Below, piece by piece: positions 55,120-64,000 of a stretch of DNA of 64,000 nucleotides. The position numbers and the translations under genes were made by a program. Position 1 is the first letter of the stretch; every line of letters begins with the position of its first letter. This DNA comes from a virus (lineage: Duplodnaviria > Caudoviricetes), in IMG/VR virus record IMGVR_UViG_2609460236_000001, positions 1 to 64,000 of that record, one strand, 5' to 3'. The notes beneath the pieces were generated by a model that worked only from the letters and a program-made list of their open reading frames with translations, was not told where the DNA came from and made no database searches.

Positions 55120-55430
55120 CCGCATACACGGACTGGTTCCGCGACCTCACTTTCAGCGAGGCAGTGTGCTGGGCATTCGAAACTGTTCCTTCTGCATTGC
55201 CAATTATTTTCTGGAAGTACAGTCGCGAGGACATTAAAATCCGCACACGGTTGAAGCTCGGCGAATGCCAAGCAAACCACGTGCAACAGTTCCAGACGTT
55301 GGCGATCCTTCTCTCCGAAGCCCTCGGCACAGGGACTGCTTCGAGCACGTCCGAATCCTCCCAAGAAAACGTGCCCAAAGACTTCGCGGACGCCCAACGC
55401 CGGTTGGCAGCAGTCTTCGGGAAACGATAA
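55104..55430 (+). CDS. -1 frameshift extension of the chaperone (gpT-like)
   Basis: A-AAC-CCG at 55104-55110; the -1 frame is open to TAA at 55428-55430, abutting the tape measure ATG. Confidence 0.75.
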   Translation, partial: KPGKLTAYTDWFRDLTFSEAVCWAFETVPSALPIIFWKYSREDIKIRTRLKLGECQANHVQQFQTLAILLSEALGTGTASSTSESSQENVPKDFADAQRRLAAVFGKR

Positions 55431-58400
55431 ATGGCGGGCGAGAATCAAGTACAACAGGGGCAACTGGACCTATCCCTTGGTCCGAAGATCTTTCAGGATG
55501 CGCAGTCCCTCTCGACCCTCCTCACTGAGATCTTCAAGCGCCTCAATGACATCAGCGGGATCGCGAAGCAAATCTCGATCCCCGGCGTTTCTTCCACCGA
55601 TCCGAGTCAGTCCAACATCCTGGCTGCGATTGGTGGTCTTCAGCGCGACATGCGAACCATGCTCGCGACCGTACGATCGGGCGGACCGCAGGCGCAGATC
55701 AACCAAGCTCTCGTGCAAGGCACGCGCTCGCAGGCACTTTTCGGCTCGGACAATCGCGCTCAGCTCGAACAGCTGACCGCGCTCAATGCCGCCGCCGAGC
55801 GTCGTGTGCTCCTTGAGCGACAACTTCAAGTCGCCCAGGAAGCGAACCGTGAATACTCGACGTCGCAGATGAGCGCGGCGACGCGGATCTACGAGATCAC
55901 GGCGCGGATCACTGAAGCCCAGCAGCGCTACAAGCAAGCGATCATCGACAGTGACACCGCGACGCAGGCCTCGGCCAAGCGCGACATGCGCGATGGCCAA
56001 CAGCGTCTCGACCAGCTGAAGCAGGAAATCGATCTGCGCGAGCGTGGGGCGCGCGTACGCCTCGGCCGCGCCCTAGACAGCGGCAAGAACGTTGATGTCG
56101 CGCAGGCCCAACTCGCGATAGTGAACGCTGACAAGGCGGATCTCTCGACGTCACTGCGCACCACGGTCGGTGCTCAGCAACGCGCCGAACGCGACGCGGC
56201 GAAAGCCCTGAGCAACGAGCGCAAGCAACTCGAAAAGGACTGGACCGCAGCGCTCACTGAGGAGCGCAGTCGGCAAGCCGCGATCGAGAAGGCATGGAAT
56301 CAAGCCATTGTCGAAGACCGTCAGCGCACGCAACGTGCCGATGCCACATTCGAGCGGCAACTGCGCTCCGCGCAGGTTGAAGACCACAAGCGAGCACGCG
56401 ACGCCGAGGCATCGTTCGACAAGACATGGAATTCAGCTCATCTCGAAAACCTCAAGCGCGACAAGGCCACTGAGCGGAAGTTCCTGGCTGACTGGGATGC
56501 CGCAATCCTTGAGGACCACCGGCGCTCAAAGACAACGCAGAAGAAGCTCGAAGATGACTGGGATAACGCCATTCGAGAGAATCGTCGCCGCCAGCAGCAG
56601 GCAGACGAGGCAGCGGCTCGCGCCGCTGCTCAGTTCGGTCCCGATCGAGCGACGCTTATGCGCCTGCGTGATGCACAAGCCGAGAGCAACCGTCGCAACA
56701 GTCCCGATTTTCAGGATCAACAGGACTCAGCTACGCGTGCTCGTCGCTATCGCCAAACATTTGGCGACGGCGGAGCGTCAATCGCGCTGACGCAGACCGC
56801 CCTCCTCGCCAATTACAGCGTGACCCGTGGGGTGCAGACTGCGTTCACGTCCGCGTTGCAGAACACGATTCAGTACGAAGAAGCACTGGCCCACCTCAAG
56901 ACGATCACGTCCGCGACCGATCTTCAGCTCGCCTCTCTCGCGTCAACTATCGAGACTGTCTCGAATGCGACACGTTACAGCGCGACGGATCTGACCAAGG
57001 CAGCTGCCGCCTTGTCGGAGACGGGTGTGACTACCAACCAGCTCGGTGTAGCACTCCGCGGCGTGGCTGACCTCGCCACCGCCACGGGCGAAGACTTCAA
57101 CAAGACGGTTAACACCGTCACCGGTTCGCTCGGCGCGTTCAAGATGTCCGCGAGTGATACGGTTCAGGTAACGAACATGATCGCCCAGGCGGTCAACTCG
57201 TCGCGCCTGACAATGGACAAATTGAAAACGTCGATCGAAACCGCAGGCGAGACCGCGAGTGAGGCTGGTGTCTCGTTCAAGGAAATGCTGTCAGCGACCG
57301 TGGCCATCACGAATACTGGTACGGCCTCTGGTGCGACGCTCGGCGGTGGACTGCGTCAACTGCTGATCGACCTCGAAAAGCCGAGCCAGAAGTTCAAGGC
57401 AACGCTGGATCAACTGGGTCTCACGCAGCAAGACATCAACGTCAAGTCGCAAGGCCTGTACGGTGCGCTGAAGAACCTGAAGGATGCGGGCTTTACCGCA
57501 GCCGACGCCATGCAGGCGTTCGAGGCGCGCAGTGCGTCGGCGTTCACAGCACTCTCGGGCAACCTAGCCGAGATGAACGACTTTTCGTCCACATTGAATC
57601 ACACGGATGCAGCAGCGCGTGCCAACGCTGAGCAGATGGAAACGCTCGGCGCTCAGTACGATCGCTTCAAGAACCAGACGTCGCTTCTGGTCGGTGACGG
57701 CTTCAAGCCGTTGCTCGACGGACTGAAGAACATCCTGGATATGACGTCAAGCGCCGAAGCCGCGTTGAAGAGCTACGGTGGGGTCACCGAGACGGTCGGC
57801 ACGCTGATCGGCACGGGCGCACTCGCGGTGGGCTTGAAGTATGTCGGCGGGCTGCTCGGCGGCATCGCCGGCATGACATTCGGTGGCTTCGAAGCCGCTG
57901 CTGGTGTCGCTGCAATGGGCGGCCAGATCGGCCTCGTGATCGGCGCCATCGCAGGACTTACGGCCGGCGTCGTCTACCTTGTCAGTAAGCTGAATGACTC
58001 CGGGAAGGCGTTTGAGGAGCAGCGTACAGCTGTCAACGCTGCGAAAGATGCTGTGACATCGTCAAAGCAATCGTACGACAGCATCGGCCGTCAGATCGAC
58101 ACGCTACGCTACAAGATGACGGCGCTCAACGAGCACCCGGAACAGCTCAAGCGTGAAGTCGACGATCTCAGCGTCCAGTTCGAGAAATACGGCGTCACGC
58201 TTGACAAAGACGCCATCGGGAAAACCGAAAACCTGATCATTGCATTGCAGCGCTTGCAAGGCGAGCTTGGCAAGCGATATGAGTTGAATACGTCCGTCCT
58301 CAGCGCGCAGCTTGACGTCATGGTCGAGCGCGCCAAAGAGTCTACCGGGCAAGAGGCCGGCAAGTTCCAGGCAAATGCCTTTTCTGGCCCACGCGACAAG

Positions 58401-61295
58401 ATCGAACAGTCCAGCGGTGTGACCCTGGTGACCTCTGAACCGTACTACGACGCCGCCGGTGTCGGCGTCGCTCAGGGGCAAGTTCGATTCAACGCCGTGC
58501 CTGGTGGGCGTCGATCCGCAGGCTATCTGCCAGTCGACGAGGGCGTGAACAAGGACAACATCCCCGCAATCATCCAGTACCTGAAGGATGCGGGCGCTGA
58601 CGTGTCTGGCAAGGTCCAGGCGGGCTTGGTGGACGCAGCTGGCATCAACGGACAGCCGCATGATCTGGATGCTCAACGGGCCTTCTCGACGGCCGTGAAT
58701 AATGCGATTGCGAAAGCAATTCAGGCGCGCAGTGGGCAAAATGCCTCGGATGCCGAGAAGGCGAATTCGTATGGCGAGGAGCAAGCACTGTCCAACTTGC
58801 TCGCCAATCTCCAGAAGGTCACGAACGGCCTGCAAACGGCACAAGGCTATCAGCATGATCTGGACCGTGCCAACAAGACCCTCGCCAGCCAGCGCTACGC
58901 CGAGACGAACCCGGCCGCGCAGGAGATCGTCAGAGCGGTCTCGGCGGCGGTCACTCGTACAACAGGCGTACTCGGCTCCCCTGAATCGCGCCTTGACTCA
59001 CTCTGGACGGCTCTGAAAACGCAGGAGAGCGGAAATCGGCAGTTCGACAGCAATGGGCGACCAGTCACGTCGAACAAAGGGGCTATCGGTATCGCCCAGG
59101 TGATGCCCGACACAGCCCCCGAAGCTGCACGGCTGGCAGGCCTACCGTGGGACGACAACCGCTACCGAAACGACCCGACGTATAACGAGGCGATCGGCCG
59201 TGCGTACCTCAACGCTCAGTTAAAGAAGTATGGCAACAACTCGACACTCGCGCTCGCGGCCTACAACGGTGGCCCCAGCTACGTCGACAGGCTGCTGGCT
59301 ACTACGAGCGGGGACGGCCGTTCGATGGATTTCCGCAACCCAACCGGCGTCACCGAAACCGAGTTCGTCAACGCGCTCAAGCCCGAGACACGCAACTACG
59401 TGCAGCGCATCGGCAGCGGCGCTGGTGCGTTCGGCCGCTACCAGAATCTCTTGAACAACTCGGGTCTTGCGAGCCAAGGCGCGGCCAACAGCCAGCTCAT
59501 GCGTCAGCTCCAGTCACAGCTAGACGCATCCAGTGACGACATCCAGAAAGCATTTCTGCTCGCGCAGATCGACCAGCTAAAAGTCGCGCAGAACCACATC
59601 CAGCGCGAAATCGAGAATGCGCGTGCCGAGGCCGCCCCTTCCCTGAAAGCGACCAATTCCGCGGCTCAGCGCGCGCTTCAAGCTCAGCTGGCCGAAGTTG
59701 ATACGCAGGCTGGTATCACCCGTGACCCGGAGAAGGCACGGCAGCTCGGCGACGTCGCCGTCGAGTTGATCAAGAATCAGTACAACCGTACGATCGACAC
59801 GCTGAAGAAGACCAGCCCAACCCTTCAGATCGGCGATCACCGTGACTACGCAGATGACGTGAAGCAACAGCTTCAGTCGTTGCAGGACGAGATGGACGCG
59901 AAGGTTCGCTCGCAGATCGACAAGAACACGGAACGCGTGCGCAAGCTCAACGAGCAAATCAAGGCCGCGCAGTTTAAGGAGGACGAAGATCGGGCGCGAA
60001 TGGCGTTCAACGCTTTCATGACCACGCTCAAGGGCGACGAGAAGACACGAACAAGCAATCAGGCAATCGAGCTGAAACGCAACTCGTACCCGGTCGTTGC
60101 CGATCAGGCAGCGTCGACATACATGAGTGATCCACGCTACTCGGCCCAGTTCAGCCAGGTTCAGCGTCAGTCGCTCAGCATCAAGGCAGCGGCCGATCAG
60201 GACGTCGTAGACGCGCGCAATCTCGTCACGTATCAAGCGAACATCACCGAATTGCGCGGCGAAATCGAGCAATTGCGGAAACAAGTCAACGCCCGTACGG
60301 CAATGCTTGGCGAGGAAGGTGATGGCGCTGGTTCTCCCGCGACCGGCCTGTACTCGCAGCTCGCTGCGGCAAAGGCCGACCCCGCGAAACGGGAGGAACA
60401 GGCACGCCTCGAAGCGACGATCGTGCGCCTCACCACGGAACGCACTGCGCAGCAGGGAGAACTCAACGCGCTGCAAGACAAGTCGAACGCACTGGTGGAG
60501 AGTCAGGAACGTCTGCAGGAGAAGCTGGCAGCGAAGACCACCACCGGCTCCTTCTCACTGATGCAGGGCATCAACGAGGCGAACAAAAACTTTCTCGACA
60601 CACACAATGCGACTTCGATGGCAATCGACGGGTATGCCAACATGCTGAACGGGACCGACAACGCGTTGATCCAGTTCTTCGACGACCTGACCACCCACTC
60701 TAAAACCGCTGGTCAGGCCGTCAAGGATTTCGGCGTGTCATTCCTGAAGATGGTCATGCAGATCCTCGAACAACAAGCCGCGCTCATGCTTATCAAGGGC
60801 TTCCTGAGCATGTTCGGGACAGCTGCGTCCGCTTCCGCAGCGCCCACGGCCACAGGTGGCTTTGATATGCCCGCCACCGGCACCGCACTCGCGGTCCAAG
60901 GCGGCTCCGTCAGCAACGGCCTCGTCTCCCGCTCGGCAGGTGTGAAGCGCTTCGTGTCCGGCGGCAGCGTGACGGGCGGGATGCCCGGTCGTGACTCCGT
61001 ACATGCTCTTTTGAAAGAGGGAGAGTATGTGCTAAACGATGGCGCCGTGTCGACGGTCGGCACCGACTTCCTCGACAACCTCAACGCACACAGCAACCGA
61101 GTCGTCTCGAAGAGCACGCCAGCACCGAAGCCCGAACGCGAGAAGCAGCCGCAGCACGTCAATGTATGGGTCGTTGCCCCGGATCAAAAGCCACAGATGG
61201 GTCCGAATGACGTCGTCGCCGCGATTAGCAACGACATCGTCACGGGCGGCTCTACGAAGAAACTGATCAAGCAAGTCGCACTAGGTCAAATGTAA
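55431..61295 (+). CDS. Tape measure protein with internal soluble lytic transglycosylase domain
   Basis: 1954 aa, helical; TP901-type core; QESGN...GAIGIAQVMP...ALAAYNGGP...ETRNYV; C-terminal GG.V.G..GRDSV.A.L..GEYV. Confidence 0.92.
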   Translation: MAGENQVQQGQLDLSLGPKIFQDAQSLSTLLTEIFKRLNDISGIAKQISIPGVSSTDPSQSNILAAIGGLQRDMRTMLATVRSGGPQAQINQALVQGTRSQALFGSDNRAQLEQLTALNAAAERRVLLERQLQVAQEANREYSTSQMSAATRIYEITARITEAQQRYKQAIIDSDTATQASAKRDMRDGQQRLDQLKQEIDLRERGARVRLGRALDSGKNVDVAQAQLAIVNADKADLSTSLRTTVGAQQRAERDAAKALSNERKQLEKDWTAALTEERSRQAAIEKAWNQAIVEDRQRTQRADATFERQLRSAQVEDHKRARDAEASFDKTWNSAHLENLKRDKATERKFLADWDAAILEDHRRSKTTQKKLEDDWDNAIRENRRRQQQADEAAARAAAQFGPDRATLMRLRDAQAESNRRNSPDFQDQQDSATRARRYRQTFGDGGASIALTQTALLANYSVTRGVQTAFTSALQNTIQYEEALAHLKTITSATDLQLASLASTIETVSNATRYSATDLTKAAAALSETGVTTNQLGVALRGVADLATATGEDFNKTVNTVTGSLGAFKMSASDTVQVTNMIAQAVNSSRLTMDKLKTSIETAGETASEAGVSFKEMLSATVAITNTGTASGATLGGGLRQLLIDLEKPSQKFKATLDQLGLTQQDINVKSQGLYGALKNLKDAGFTAADAMQAFEARSASAFTALSGNLAEMNDFSSTLNHTDAAARANAEQMETLGAQYDRFKNQTSLLVGDGFKPLLDGLKNILDMTSSAEAALKSYGGVTETVGTLIGTGALAVGLKYVGGLLGGIAGMTFGGFEAAAGVAAMGGQIGLVIGAIAGLTAGVVYLVSKLNDSGKAFEEQRTAVNAAKDAVTSSKQSYDSIGRQIDTLRYKMTALNEHPEQLKREVDDLSVQFEKYGVTLDKDAIGKTENLIIALQRLQGELGKRYELNTSVLSAQLDVMVERAKESTGQEAGKFQANAFSGPRDKIEQSSGVTLVTSEPYYDAAGVGVAQGQVRFNAVPGGRRSAGYLPVDEGVNKDNIPAIIQYLKDAGADVSGKVQAGLVDAAGINGQPHDLDAQRAFSTAVNNAIAKAIQARSGQNASDAEKANSYGEEQALSNLLANLQKVTNGLQTAQGYQHDLDRANKTLASQRYAETNPAAQEIVRAVSAAVTRTTGVLGSPESRLDSLWTALKTQESGNRQFDSNGRPVTSNKGAIGIAQVMPDTAPEAARLAGLPWDDNRYRNDPTYNEAIGRAYLNAQLKKYGNNSTLALAAYNGGPSYVDRLLATTSGDGRSMDFRNPTGVTETEFVNALKPETRNYVQRIGSGAGAFGRYQNLLNNSGLASQGAANSQLMRQLQSQLDASSDDIQKAFLLAQIDQLKVAQNHIQREIENARAEAAPSLKATNSAAQRALQAQLAEVDTQAGITRDPEKARQLGDVAVELIKNQYNRTIDTLKKTSPTLQIGDHRDYADDVKQQLQSLQDEMDAKVRSQIDKNTERVRKLNEQIKAAQFKEDEDRARMAFNAFMTTLKGDEKTRTSNQAIELKRNSYPVVADQAASTYMSDPRYSAQFSQVQRQSLSIKAAADQDVVDARNLVTYQANITELRGEIEQLRKQVNARTAMLGEEGDGAGSPATGLYSQLAAAKADPAKREEQARLEATIVRLTTERTAQQGELNALQDKSNALVESQERLQEKLAAKTTTGSFSLMQGINEANKNFLDTHNATSMAIDGYANMLNGTDNALIQFFDDLTTHSKTAGQAVKDFGVSFLKMVMQILEQQAALMLIKGFLSMFGTAASASAAPTATGGFDMPATGTALAVQGGSVSNGLVSRSAGVKRFVSGGSVTGGMPGRDSVHALLKEGEYVLNDGAVSTVGTDFLDNLNAHSNRVVSKSTPAPKPEREKQPQHVNVWVVAPDQKPQMGPNDVVAAISNDIVTGGSTKKLIKQVALGQM

Positions 61296-61688
61296 ATGGC
61301 AACGTCACTCACTTTCGACTTTCCGAATCATCTGGTCGAGGAGAAGTACCCCGAGTCTGGAACACGCATCCAGCTCGGGAACTCCTATGTCTTCGCTACG
61401 CCGCCGACCGCTCCGGAACAACGTACTTTCATTCTCTCATTCGAGACGATGTGGCGCGGGCTTAATGCGGACGGCACAGTGGACATCGCAACAAATCCGC
61501 TCAACAACATGGGGCTACTGAAAGACTTCTACGAAACGTACAGACTCTATAAGACATTCCAGTATAAGCACCCGTGGCTGGGGGCCATGAACGTCCGCTT
61601 CAACAAGCCTCTCGAAATGCCGAAGGGTAAGAAGGGAGCCGACGGATGGTCTGAGTCCTTCAGCGTCGAGTTCGTGGAGATGCCGTGA
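61296..61688 (+). CDS. Distal tail protein (lambda gpM-like)
   Basis: Follows tape measure; IQLGNSY...FY.......F...HP...F.E.P. Confidence 0.7.
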   Translation: MATSLTFDFPNHLVEEKYPESGTRIQLGNSYVFATPPTAPEQRTFILSFETMWRGLNADGTVDIATNPLNNMGLLKDFYETYRLYKTFQYKHPWLGAMNVRFNKPLEMPKGKKGADGWSESFSVEFVEMP

Positions 61689-62179
61689 GATCCGATCTTC
61701 CCGACACCCACGTTTCCCAGTCCTTCGAGCTGTCGGCCGATGGACTGGTCGACCTGTTCAAGTTGGAACTCAATAGCATCTCAGGTGGCACGGTTCTTTG
61801 CATGACGGCTAAAAATCAAGTCGTTTGGCAAGGCATGGTATTCGAGTCCATTCCCATCACCCTCGCCGGCGAAGGCGTTCGCACGGATGGCCAATGGAAT
61901 CGACCGAAGCTGACGGTTGCCAACCCTGACGGCATCTTCTCGGCATTCATTGCACAGGGCAAGACCGACAGCGCAACGGTCACTCGCTACCGCTGCCATC
62001 TTGAGGATGTGAAAAACAATGTTGGCCGCTATCAAATCAACATCTGGCGCATATCGAAGACTCTAAGCATGAGCAATTCGATGGCGACATTCGAACTGCG
62101 TACCCCGCTCGACGGACAGATGTTCTATCTGCCGGCACGTGCCTTCTACCCACCGGAGTTCCCGCATGTCTCTCTATGA
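61685..62179 (+). CDS. Minor tail protein (lambda gpL-like, short)
   Basis: VDLF.L...VWQG..F...P....G......RPKLTVAN...FEL..PLD....LP.R. Confidence 0.8.
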   Translation: MRSDLPDTHVSQSFELSADGLVDLFKLELNSISGGTVLCMTAKNQVVWQGMVFESIPITLAGEGVRTDGQWNRPKLTVANPDGIFSAFIAQGKTDSATVTRYRCHLEDVKNNVGRYQINIWRISKTLSMSNSMATFELRTPLDGQMFYLPARAFYPPEFPHVSL

Positions 62180-62708
62180 AAAATACATCGAAGGGTTCGA
62201 GGGAATCCCTTATATCGAAGGCCGCGATGATTGCTATGGCCTCGTGCGCAGATGGCTGGACAAGACCTACGGAATGAAGCTGACGAACTACGCTCGTCCG
62301 TGTGCCTGGGAGAACGACGGTTTCAATCTACTTGGTGACTACTTCAACCGCGAGGGGTTTGTACTCGTCAATACGCCATTGAATCGCTTGCAGATCGGCG
62401 ACCTATTGATGATGCACGTCGCCAGCAGGACGGGCATCTCGAACCACATCGGCGTCTACGTCGGCAACCAGTACGTATTGCATCATCTGTATGGCCAGGC
62501 GTCGAAAGCCGACCCACTGAACGACCGATGGAAGAACCGCATCCTTGATGTCATCCGGCATCCGGACATCGCGGAGAAGAATCACGAGCAAACGGAGTCT
62601 GTCGACTTCATGACCCTGCTGCCACCCCACTTGAGAGAGAAGTATGAACGACGACTTGTTGAAACTCTGGACTCCCCTGACCGAACGGTGCGGCTTCCTC
62701 CTAAATGA
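62166..62708 (+). CDS. NlpC/P60 tail-tip peptidase (gpK C-terminal half)
   Basis: PY..GRDDCYGLVR, GDLLM, NHIGVYVG, LHH. Confidence 0.88.
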   Translation: MSLYEKYIEGFEGIPYIEGRDDCYGLVRRWLDKTYGMKLTNYARPCAWENDGFNLLGDYFNREGFVLVNTPLNRLQIGDLLMMHVASRTGISNHIGVYVGNQYVLHHLYGQASKADPLNDRWKNRILDVIRHPDIAEKNHEQTESVDFMTLLPPHLREKYERRLVETLDSPDRTVRLPPK

Positions 62709-63012
62709 CGGGTCGATTGTCGAGTGCCAAAACGTCCACGAGCAGCCTGAAATAGGCTTTGAAATTACCCCCGCGTCTATCCGACAATATGAGGATCAGA
62801 TTGCTGCCACATGGCACACGCATCCGCACACGGGGCCTAACCTATCTGCTCAGGACTACCGTGCATTTCAGGCGTGGCCGCGGTGGTTCCACTACATCAT
62901 TGGCGAGCACGATGTCTGGTGCTACTACGTCAGAAACAACGCGGTGATTTTGCTCGATGAAGATGATCTATCTGCATGGCTCCCTGAAGGAACTGCACCC
63001 GGAGCCGATTAA
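62644..63012 (+). CDS. JAB/MPN-domain tail assembly protein (gpK N-terminal half)
   Basis: ERCGF...N...WHTHP....LS.QD (JAMM motif). Confidence 0.85.
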   Translation: MNDDLLKLWTPLTERCGFLLNDGSIVECQNVHEQPEIGFEITPASIRQYEDQIAATWHTHPHTGPNLSAQDYRAFQAWPRWFHYIIGEHDVWCYYVRNNAVILLDEDDLSAWLPEGTAPGAD

Positions 63013-63586
63013 CGTCCATTCCACCACGGCTGCTGAAGCGCTGACGGTGCTGAAGCAGTTCCCTGGATTTGACGCTGAGAACCCCGTCGATGTGCGCGTC
63101 GACGGCTTCGATTGCCGCGACGCGCTGTTCGTGCAGACCGACAAGACCGAGTTGCATGTCTACCCCGCCCTGCGTGGTGCGGGTGGAAACGGCGGCTTCC
63201 TACAGATCCTGATCGGGGCCGTAATGGTCGTGGTCGGTACGGTCCTATGGTGGAACGGCCCGATAGGGGGCACGATGGCCCAGGTGGGCATCGGCATGAT
63301 GATGGGAGGCGCGATGATGATGCTCGGCGGGGTCATTTCAATGCTTGCCCCACAACCTAAGCTGGGAACGGGTTCAGCGACGAACTCTAGCTTGATAATC
63401 CCTGCCAGCCAGAACACCGTGAAAATCGGCACTCGACTACCGCTCCTGTTCGGCCGAGTGAAGCATTTCGGGCACTACCTGTCGTTCAACGTCGATGCAA
63501 AGCGGTACGATGATTCCAACATGGTCCTCGGTGGCTACTGCAACCAGAACGGGGACGGTCAAGCACTCCACTGCGTACTCGCATAA
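62957..63586 (+). CDS. Tail assembly protein (lambda gpI-like)
   Basis: L.GSL...T.AEAL, P...GAG, Gly-rich hydrophobic segment, NT...G..LPLLFG. Confidence 0.82.
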   Translation: MKMIYLHGSLKELHPEPINVHSTTAAEALTVLKQFPGFDAENPVDVRVDGFDCRDALFVQTDKTELHVYPALRGAGGNGGFLQILIGAVMVVVGTVLWWNGPIGGTMAQVGIGMMMGGAMMMLGGVISMLAPQPKLGTGSATNSSLIIPASQNTVKIGTRLPLLFGRVKHFGHYLSFNVDAKRYDDSNMVLGGYCNQNGDGQALHCVLA

Positions 63587-63595
63587 CAAAAATAC

Positions 63596-64000
63596 ATGAT
63601 GATTGTCGAAGAAGAATGCCCCCTCCAGAGCATCCGCGGTGCGAGCGGCGGTGGCTCCAGCTCGCCCACGCGAACGGACGACAACCTGTTTTCGAGAGAC
63701 GTCGTCGAGATCGTCCTTGGTCTTTCTCAAGGCCCGATTCGAGGACTGGTCGACGGCATGAAGTCCTTCTCTGTCGGCGGGACGCCGCTCATGTCGCAGG
63801 ACGGATCGCTGAACTTCAGTTCGTTCAACCTCGGCGTCAAGCTCGGCACCACGCATGACTCCGCAGTCAACTACGTCCTGGGCGGCGAAAGCTCGAACAC
63901 CCAGGTCGGCACGCGTCTATTTCAAGGGACGTGGGTCAACCGCCAGACTGACCAAGCGCTGAAGGGAGTGATCGACCAACTGCAAGTACGGATGCAGTTC
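63596..64000 (+). CDS. Central tail fiber / host-specificity protein (gpJ-like), 5' part
   Basis: IRGASGGG...DNLFS......GLSQGPIRGL...V.GTPL; open to the window end. Confidence 0.8.
   Translation, partial: MMIVEEECPLQSIRGASGGGSSSPTRTDDNLFSRDVVEIVLGLSQGPIRGLVDGMKSFSVGGTPLMSQDGSLNFSSFNLGVKLGTTHDSAVNYVLGGESSNTQVGTRLFQGTWVNRQTDQALKGVIDQLQVRMQF

Larger units (their letters stand above)
1445..64000. mobile_element. Large integrated siphovirus-like prophage (right end outside the window)
   Basis: Integrase at the left edge, drop in GC, replication, terminase, portal, capsid and tail modules. Confidence 0.95.

Noticed and set aside
1-64000. Diversity-generating retroelement, retron or phage RNA polymerase
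   Set aside because: No reverse transcriptase or RNAP motifs and no long template/variable repeat pair seen; the rest of the prophage is outside the window.

Overview
Bases 1-1329 are a very GC-rich host gene (di-heme cytochrome c peroxidase family; codon style suggests a Burkholderia-like betaproteobacterium, inference). From about 1445 to the end of the window is the left ~62.5 kb of a large integrated siphovirus-type prophage that continues past 64000. It sits just inside a small host ORF that follows two tandem LexA (SOS) boxes. Layout: tyrosine integrase and a lone nuclease-like cargo gene (+); a long leftward block with a near-complete T5-like replication and nucleotide module (ThyX, MazG, SbcCD-like pair, DEDDh exonuclease, resolvase, ATP-dependent ligase, family A polymerase, 5'-3' exonuclease, putative SSB, SNF2 helicase); ~45 small leftward accessory genes; a non-coding control region; HNH-AP2; primase-polymerase/helicase; then rightward head and lambda-like tail genes. 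The main unexplained signal is a family of RNA hairpins with unrelated stems but a near-invariant NCCACCAC loop placed just upstream of start codons on the coding strand. Other signals: 11 GTTCA-N3/4-TG(A/C)AC palindromes over the accessory region (several overlapping stop codons), a hidden antisense zinc-ribbon gene, and a -1 frameshift in the tail chaperone. All calls come from reading the sequence; no searches were run.
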